Shown here: positions 11,267-20,200 of the stretch, piece by piece
How positions within the stretch are numbered: the first letter of the stretch is position 1
How the letters are laid out: each line of letters opens with the position of its first letter
Assembly: GCA_002269645.1 (NCBI GenBank)
Contig: NIVC01000127.1
Location: forward strand, 372,001 to 436,000
DNA: 64,000 nt
Direction: 5' to 3'
From: Macrostomum lignano
Lineage: Eukaryota
The notes under the pieces: generated by a model
What the model was told of the DNA's origin: nothing
The model's input: only the letters and a program-made list of their open reading frames with translations
Database searches by the model: none
Position numbers and translations under genes: made by a program

Positions 11267-14200
11267 TCAGTTTTTCCTCATAGGCGGCTTCAGCGCCCAG
11301 TTCGGCGCCCCGTCAGGAGGCGGCCGCTGCGACCTGGAGCGCAGCGGATCCCGGATGCAGCGGCCCAGCTGCTGCTTCTGCTTGGTGGTGGCGCAGTTGT
11401 CCATGTAAACCTGGTCAAGCTGGCGTTTCAATCGTTTCACTTCGTCCGATTCCCAGGCGAGCTCGCGGACGCGCAGCTGGTCGGAGCCGCCGGAGCCGCA
11501 CTCCTCGTCGGAGCTGGTGTAGTCCCGGGTGAGGATGACGCGGAACTTCTCCAGCTCGTCCGAGCTGAGGCTGGTGGCCACGAGTTCGAAGCTTTTCTGG
11601 CGTCGGTTCAGCTTCTGGAAGGTCGACGATGAGGATAAGAGGTTGGCGGAGAATGTGATTTGGGGACTCTGATGGGAGAATGGGATTTGGGGATGCTGAT
11701 GGGAGAATGGGATTTGGGATGCAGGTGGGAGCATGGGATTTGGGGTGCTGTTGGGACAATTTGATTTGAGGATTCAGGTGGGAGAATGGGATTTGAGGAT
11801 GATTGTGGGAGAATGGGATTTGGGGATTCTAATGCGAGAATGGGATTTGGGGATGCTTGTGGGAGAGTGGGATTTGAGGATTCTGGTGGGAGAATGGGAT
11901 TTGGGGATGCTGATAAGAGAATGGGATTTGGGGATGCTTGTGGGAGAGTGGGATTTGGGGATTCTAATGCGAGAATGGGATTTGGGGATGCTTGTGGGAG
12001 AGTGGGATTTGAGGATTCTGGTGGGAGAATGGGATTTGGGGATGCTGATGGGAGAATGGGATTTGGGGATGCTTGTGGGAGAGTGGGATTTAAGGATTCT
12101 GGTGGGAGAATGGGATTTGGGGATGCTGATAAGAGAATGGGATTTGGGGATGCTGATGGGAGAATGGGATTTGAGGATTCTAATGCGAGAATGGGATTTG
12201 GGGATGCTGATGGGAGAATGGGATTTGAGGATTCTAATGCGAGAATGGGATTTGGGGATGCTGATGGGAGAGTGGGATTTGAGGATTCTAATGCGAGAAT
12301 GGGATTTTGGGATGCTTGTGGGAGAGTGGGATTTGAGGATTCTGGTGGGAGAATGGGATTTGGGATGCTGATAAGAGAATGGGATTTGGGGATGCTTGTG
12401 GGAGAGTGGGATTTGAGGATTCTGGTGGGAGAATGGGATTTGGGGATGCTGATAAGAGAATGGGATTTGGGGATGCTGATGGGAGAATGGGATTTGAGGA
12501 TTCTAATGCGAGAATGGGATTTGGGGATGCTGATGGGAGAATGGGATTTGAGGATTCTAATGCGAGAATGGGATTTGGGGATGCTGATGGGAGAGTGGGA
12601 TTTGAGGATTCTGGTGGGAGAATGGGATTTGGGATGCTGATAAGAGAATGGGATTTGGGGATGCTGATAAGAGAATGGGATTTGGGGATGCTGATAAGAG
12701 AATGGGATTTGGGGATGCTGATAAGAGAATGGGATTTGGGGATGCTTATGGGAGAGTGGAATTTGAGTATTCTAATGCGAGAATGGGATTTTGGGATGCT
12801 TGTGGGAGAGTGGGGTTTGAGGATTCTGGTGGGAGAATGGGATCTGGGGATGCTGATGGGAGAATGGGATTTGGGGATGCTGATGGGAGAATGAGTTTCT
12901 TCAAGGAATTTAGAATCTCGATTTGGACCGGAGCATATTTATGGAGGAATGGAATGAGAAATGGTTTCGATACGGCAATTATCGGTACCTTACCATCCGG
13001 TTTTGAGTGGTAGTCACAAAGCTAATCAAATAATAATGCAAATTCTATACAATATGACACTGCACTAAAGTAGAAGCGCCCCTAAAGAATCCCACGGGCC
13101 AAGTCTGCAGACTAGAAGTAGATTTTTAATCTGAACAGGCAGATAAGCAAGCAGTATTGGACGATTGGCCAAATGGAATAACTCATTACTGTTAGGCGAA
13201 GCTTGCTGCGCATCTGCTTTCTAAAATCCCAGAAAATGTCAGTCAGCCGGCTAGTTTTAGGCAGTCCTGCGCGCAAAGATAACAGTTGCTTATTGTAAAT
13301 CGGGGCGAATTGAATTTTTGATTTTAAACTTGCACTGCTGGAGCCAGAGAGGACGATAAGTAGAATAGAATGCTTTTATTCCGACAAAATTTTGCTGGAG
13401 GTTAATAGACTAAGCAAGTGAGCAGTCTGATTACATTATGGCGCAGTTTGATCCGAATCTGCTTCCCAAAGTCCCAGAAAATCTCCGACAGTCGGCCAGC
13501 CTTTGGCAGCCCTGCGAAGTTTAAATAATTCATTATAATAATTTGCATTATTAGCTATGGTCTGCGTTGTTTAATTCGGGCAAGGGTGAAGAGTGAACAA
13601 GAGAGTGAACAGAAAGGTGAATAGAATGAACAAGAGAGTGAACAGAAAGGTGAATAGAATGAACAAGAGAGTGAACAGAAAGAAGAAGAGAGTGAACAAG
13701 AGAGTGAACAGAAAGGTGAATAGAATGAACAAGAGAGTGAACAGAAAGGTGAATAGAGTGAACAAGAGAGTGAACAGAAAGGTGAAGAGAGTGAACAAGA
13801 GAGTGAACAGAAAGGTGAATAGAGTGAACAAGAGAGTGAACAGAAAGGTGAATAGAGTGAACAAGAGAGTGAACAGAAAGGTGAAGAGAGTGAACAAGAG
13901 AGTGAACAGAAAGGTGAAGAGAGTGAATGAGAGAAAGAACAAGAGAGTGAACAGAAAGGTGAAGAGAGTGAATGAGAGAGTGAACAGAAAGGTGAAGAGA
14001 GTGAATGAGAGAGTGAACAGAAAGGTGAAGAGAGTGAATGAGAGAGTGAACAAGAGAGTGAACAGAAAGGTGAATAGAATGAACAAGAGAGTGAACAGAA
14101 AGAAGAAGAGAGTGAACAAGAGAGTGAACAGAAAGGTGAAGAGAGTGAACGAGAGAGTGAACAGAAAGGTGAATAGAGTGAACAAGAGAGTGAACAGAAA

Positions 14201-17200
14201 GGTGAATAGAGTGAACAAGAGAGTGAACAGAAAGGTGAAGAGAGTGAATGAGAGAGTGAACAGAAAGGTGAAGAGAGTGAATGAGAGAGTGAACAGAAAG
14301 GTGAAGAGAGTGAATGAGAGAAAGAACAAGAGAGTGAACAGAAAGGTGAAGAGAGTGAATGAGAGAGTGAACAGAAAGGTGAAGAGAGTGAATGAGAGAG
14401 TGAACAAGAGAGTGAACAGAAAGGTGAATAGAATGAACAAGAGAGTGAACAGAAAGAAGAAGAGAGTGAACAAGAGAGTGAACAGAAAGGTGAAGGGAGT
14501 GAATGAGAGTGAACAGAAAGGTGAAGAGAGTGAATGAGAGTGAACAGAAAGGTGAAGAGAGTGAACAGAAAGGTGAAGAGAGTGAACAGAAAGGTGAAGA
14601 GAGTGAACAAGAGAGTGAACAGAAAGGTGAAGAGAGTGAACAAGAGAGTGAACAGAAAGGTGAAGAGAGTGAACAGAAAAGTGAAGAGAGTGAACAAGAG
14701 AGTGAAGAGAGTGGTGAAGAGAGTGAACAAGAGAGTGAAGAGAGTGGTGAAGAGAGTGAACAAGAGAGTGAACAGAAAGGTGAAGAGAGTGAATAAGAGA
14801 GTGAACAGAAAAGTGAAGAGAGTGAACAAGAGAGTGAAGAGAGTGAAGATGAAGAAGTCCTCATTTTGGCTTTAAGCAGTTACAAAAAATTGCAAATACA
14901 AGCACAATGCAGCCCTTCTTGCCAATCCTAGTTGGAAACAGGGATAAAATATACGACTAGAATTGGTCCCACGGTTGGCACACAGGAGAAGGAAAAGCAT
15001 TGAAATCAAAATTACACTTAGGCGAAATTTAGTCCGAATCTGCTTCCCAAAGTCTCTGAAAATCTCGCACATTCGACCGGCTTTTGGTAGCCCTGCGAAA
15101 AAAACGCATTTAGATGGAAGAGATACAGGCTTTGTTTCAATCGTTTTTTGCGCTTGCATTATTGATTCGAGAAGAGCGGTGGATGGTGTAAAAGATAATA
15201 AAGATGCGAAAATGTTACGAAATCGATCTATTGATTTAGACTAGGCTATGCTCAAATAAGTTAGGACAGTTGGATCCTATTCTATGTCTATTCTCAGTGG
15301 TAATCAAGGTCTACTCTCTTGATGATGAAGGGTCTATCCTCAGGGGTAATCAAGGTCTACTCTCTGGGTGATGGTCTATTCTCGGGGGTATTCAAGGTTA
15401 CTCTCTTGATGATGAAGAGTCTATTCTCAGGTGTAATAAAGGTCTACTCTCTGGGTGATAAAGGGTCTATGCTCAAGGTGACGGAGGTCTATTCCCAAGG
15501 TGATAAAGGGTCTAGGCTCAAGGTGACGGAGGTCTATTCCCAAGGTGATAAAGGGTCTATGCTCAAGGTGACGGAGGTCTATTCCCAAAGTGATAAAGGG
15601 TCTAGGCTCAAGGTGACGGAGGTCTATTCCCAAGGTGATAAAGGGTCTATGCTCAAGGTGACGGAGGTCTATTCCCAAAGTGATAAAGGGTCTAGGCTCA
15701 AGGTGACGGAGGTCTATTCCCAAGGTGCTGAGGGTCTATTCTCAGGAATAATGAAGGATGGATTCTGGATGGTGATAGGGCGATTTTGCATAGACTAGAT
15801 TCCAGAATTAACTAAAAAATGGCAGATTTGAGCGCAAGGAAATCAGAAAAAGCAGAAAATGCGATGTAAGTAATATAAATATTAAACTCGTTTCTTTGGC
15901 TTCAGCAAGTGTTATTGGTATTTTTGTTCCAAATTTTTTATTGGAATAAAGTTGATAAATGCCAAAATTTGATACGCAGGCATTAGTAGATTAAAACTAT
16001 GCTTTTCGAAGAATAATATATCCCTTACTAAGCCGCGATATTTGTCGTGCACTTGTCGCTTAAAGTCGCTAAAAATGACGGACAGTCTGCCAGACTTGGG
16101 CAGGTCTACAATATAGCGCATAGTTTTTATGGGCACAAATGCAAGCAAGCTACTGAAAGTAGTACAATTTGGCGGCACTATTGCCTGCTGATTTGGAATG
16201 GAAACGTCTGAAACAAACAGCTACAGTAGAGCTGGGGCTATCCTATTAACTATAGCGAGAACATAACTCACAAGCTGCTTAAACTTGCATCTGGCCTTCA
16301 GGGCAAAATCGGAAAACATGTACAGAATACGACCGCGACAAGGAATCCCTGAAACACAGACGGAGTCAATAATCTCTGAAAACAGTGCAGAGTATATACT
16401 GCTCTTGACCAGCTGTGCTAGAACGACACCATGCTCGTTGGAAACGGCGCTTTTCTTTGGTTCAAAGAATTATTTCCTGGATTACTAAGCACTAAATAAC
16501 TTACAGACAGTCTCATTTTCAAACGACTTGCGGAACGAAAATTTTGAAATATATACAGCAGCCTACACGAGGTGGGGATTCCTTCGGATGGAGGGCGGCG
16601 ACCGCGATTATTTTTTTATATCGAGATTTATATGTGCAGAGATAAGAAAGTCGCAAGTGCTTTGTGACCCGGCAGTAGTAGACTATTACTAGCAGTAGGT
16701 AGTCTCGGGTTTAACTTAAAAAGACAGACTCACGCTAATCCGATATTTGGCCCGAATTTTGGTGCCAAAATTGGAGTGCAAATAGTTAATCCGACTGTCC
16801 TTAGGGAGGTCTGCAATCGATGCCAGTAAAATCAATAAGCGATACGCTTCGGTAGGAGTAAAGAGCGAGGGCCAAGGAAGGAAAACATCGCAAGCTGCTG
16901 AGGCGCTAAGAAATTTGAAAATGCCTACTTAAACTTAGTAGTAGTATGTATGAAATTGCACGTATTTATCAATCTTACAAAGCTTCTAAACCGGAAGCGC
17001 ATTTTCCGGCGCAAATCGATAAATAGGAAGATAGTGCGCGATGCGTAGGGCAGCTCTGAAATCAAGTGTTTTATGGTGCTGCTTTGGGGCCGGAATCTGC
17101 CGCTAAGGTAGACAGGCCTAATTGCCTACTGAAAACGTCGCTAGAGATCAATTTACGGAGTTCAGACAGACGAAGCACTGAACAGGTGATTTTCGTTTAT

Positions 17201-20200
17201 AAGTTTATTAACTTCGATCCAAACTACAGATACTAGAATAACTAGATGGACCACTCAGCACATTTGCGTGTAAGCTACTTGCAGTTCAGTAGAAAGTTAT
17301 ACAGAAGCATTTTAATGTATTTTTCAAGACAAGGCTTATTTATTTTCTATGAAACACTAAAACCTACCCCAAGCTGCCAAGTACATTTCAGTGGGGTGTT
17401 GGCCAATGTACAATACGAGTGAACCAATTAGCAAGTTGTTTACGTCTGCAAGCTTTGTTTGTTTGTTTGGCTTCTAAACTTATCAAAGTCATTTGAGCTT
17501 ATGTTTTCTTCTTTGCTACTGAACTGGAAGTAGAAAGCTGTTTTACTAAATAAATATTCACAAGTGGCCTTATCTAGTTATTTTAGTATTTTGTGCACTA
17601 AACAGAGTAATGATCTTGATTAGACCTCAATACAGAGTTCCATTGCATCGAGATTCACCCCTAGAATCCTAAGCATCCCTTGACAGGAACGGATCCCGAG
17701 ACTTCTACCCTCACAATCAAGCTAATAGCTTGCTAAAACAAAGAAAAACAAGAGAGCCACAACACCAAAAAACCATGACAGCTGCTCATCCTGTCTTACT
17801 GTCTCTCTGTACTTGGCCCTAAGCGCGCTGCGTATGTGACAAAACACCCTGTCAGGCCGGGATTTGTACGGCAAATCTGTAAGCATTAAATATTTTGTTA
17901 AATAATAATTCCTAGCCTCTAATCAGCATTTAGCCGGAACCAAATTAGACGAAATGGATTAGAAACGTCACAAGAGCACCTATTGATTAAATTGAACAGA
18001 AGAGACCAGATTGACTAAATCAAACCAACTTGGGTCTCACATTAAGTTTCAAAGCGTGCCTAGACTCGAAGCGCATCTTAGAGAATGCTGTTGAGATTCG
18101 AAATTCGCTTCGCAGTCCTGAAATTGAACAGGTCTGAACTATGCCGCTCTGCCTTGTTTCAAATTCACTTTTTCTCATTGCTCAGCACTTGTTGGAAGGA
18201 GAAACCGCCATTTGCCCGGCTAATCCCAACTTACTAGCGCTTTGAAACGCTTTTTAGCGTCGGTTCTAAACGAAATGAAAATCATTGAGATCCGCGCCTC
18301 TTTCGGCAGCCCTGCAAACGCGCGCAATTGTTAAGGCGGGGCATTGAGCTTAAACAAATAGGGGAGATCTGAACTCGGCTTTCACAGGCCTGGAAACGGC
18401 TTTGCTTCATTTCTGTTATCATTTAAACAGAAAATATTTAATACTACTGTAAAAATGCGACATCTACTACTTACGCAAAGTTTAAGTCGCGTTCTGGCGT
18501 TTAGTTTAAACGACTTGAATATAAAGTTAATTCGGCCATCTTTAGGCAGCCCTGGAAATCGGCCAATCGGTTGTTGCCTCTTGTATATTAACTAAGAAGA
18601 GATATTTGCATCTGGAAACGCTGCATGCAGCTCAGTGGACTCAAGCTCAAGGCGAATAATAGGGAAGCCAGAACTAGTTAAAGTTTGATTCTTCAGTTAA
18701 GCAAGAGTATATATCCCTATCCGTTGCCCCATCAACACTTACACACAGTTTAAGCCGGGCTCTGGCATTCCGTCTAAAGGACAGAAATATAAAATTAATT
18801 CGGCCCTCTTTTGGCAGACCTAAAAAAACAGATTGCATACGAATAAATTGGATTCTCTTGGCCCAGCAGCTGACAGAGTCAGGCTACATTTTTGTCAGTG
18901 TCAATTGACTTGACCGGAGAATCTGGAAACGCTGCAGCTAAAGTTTAAGCATTCGAATCCATAGCAGCCGGAGTCAGACTGGAGGCGACACGCAATGACA
19001 CATAACTTGATAAATACTAATTAGTCGCAGCACTTACAGAAGTTTTCAATCTAAGCCGCATATCGCGACGGAATTCAGCGAACATGGCGACAGTACGCCT
19101 TAGCAGTTCTACAATTTTTTTCAATAATTTAAATATAGTAACAGTGCACAAATATCCTTTTAATACTACTATCCAGCGGCCTAGTTAGTAGCAGATGCAC
19201 ATGGTGTACTATAAAATGTCAGATCTATAAAAAACTGGGTATAAACAGCTGACAAGGGCAGAATAGCGGGACGTTACCAATTGGTGAAGAAAGACAGCAG
19301 TCAGAACCCCATTTTTATTGAAAATAATAGTTAATTAGGTAATTAATTCATACGCGACTTATATTGATGGCAGCAATTTTATTGCCATTACTCAACAATT
19401 TATTGCTGAATATAATATATAAAAACAAATAATAATATTATTTAAAAGTGAGTGCATTGCTTCGAAAGGTGAAAGATATAGTGTTTTAAAATTATAAATG
19501 AAATTATTGCCTCTGAATTATATGTCATATTTAGTAAATTTTAACATAGATAATTTAATTTGCTCAAGCCAAAGAACTTGCGACGTTTCCAGACCAAGTA
19601 GGCAAGGAGAAAAAGTGACACATTTGGAATTACACAAGCTGCTTATATAATAATTATTAACAGTGCTTGTACTTGCTATCAGTAGTAGTATGCAGAGAAT
19701 ATTGTTTCAAATGCACAAATTCGCAAGCAAGATATTCAACTAGTTAGTAGGCTTAAGGGAGGCGACCAACAAAGAGTTAAAGAGTTAAATTTATTGATTT
19801 TTTTGGTGCACCAATATCTCAGCTTTGCATCCCTGCCAACTTAATAAGCACCAATTCTTATTAAATGCATCATATACACAAAATTATCATTCCGTTTTGG
19901 ACACCCATCGTATTTATCCAGCTATAAAAATAATTGATTTTCAATATCAAGCCGCCAATCTCAAGCCTACACTAATATGCTCAATACTACGGTAGCTAAC
20001 AGCTGCACATTAAGTGCCAAAAAATGCCAAACTCACTCTGCCAGACGTCGTCCGGCCAGCCTTTGCCTTCGGCCATCTCTTTAGCCTTAGCCATGACCAT
20101 GGCGGCAACTTGTTGGTTGGGCTCCGCGGAGAAGCTAAGCGAGAGGACAAGTGGGAATCGACAGGAGCAGGAATTAGCCAATTTAATGCAGCCATACATT

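Noticed and set aside
11733-14875. Long repetitive ORFs (EWDLG, VNKRVNRK, LFTLF, SLSSPFC types)
   Set aside because: They coincide with intronic minisatellites, are open in several frames and on both strands, and have no gene structure.
17056-17799. Extra variable exons in the gap of the array (e.g. 17659-17732, 17368-17445)
   Set aside because: One has an in-frame stop; the other has the wrong phase, a poor acceptor and no peptide similarity. A degenerate exon cannot be excluded.
18239-18250. tttgaaacgc as a selector
   Set aside because: It lies inside variable exon 4, not upstream of an acceptor.
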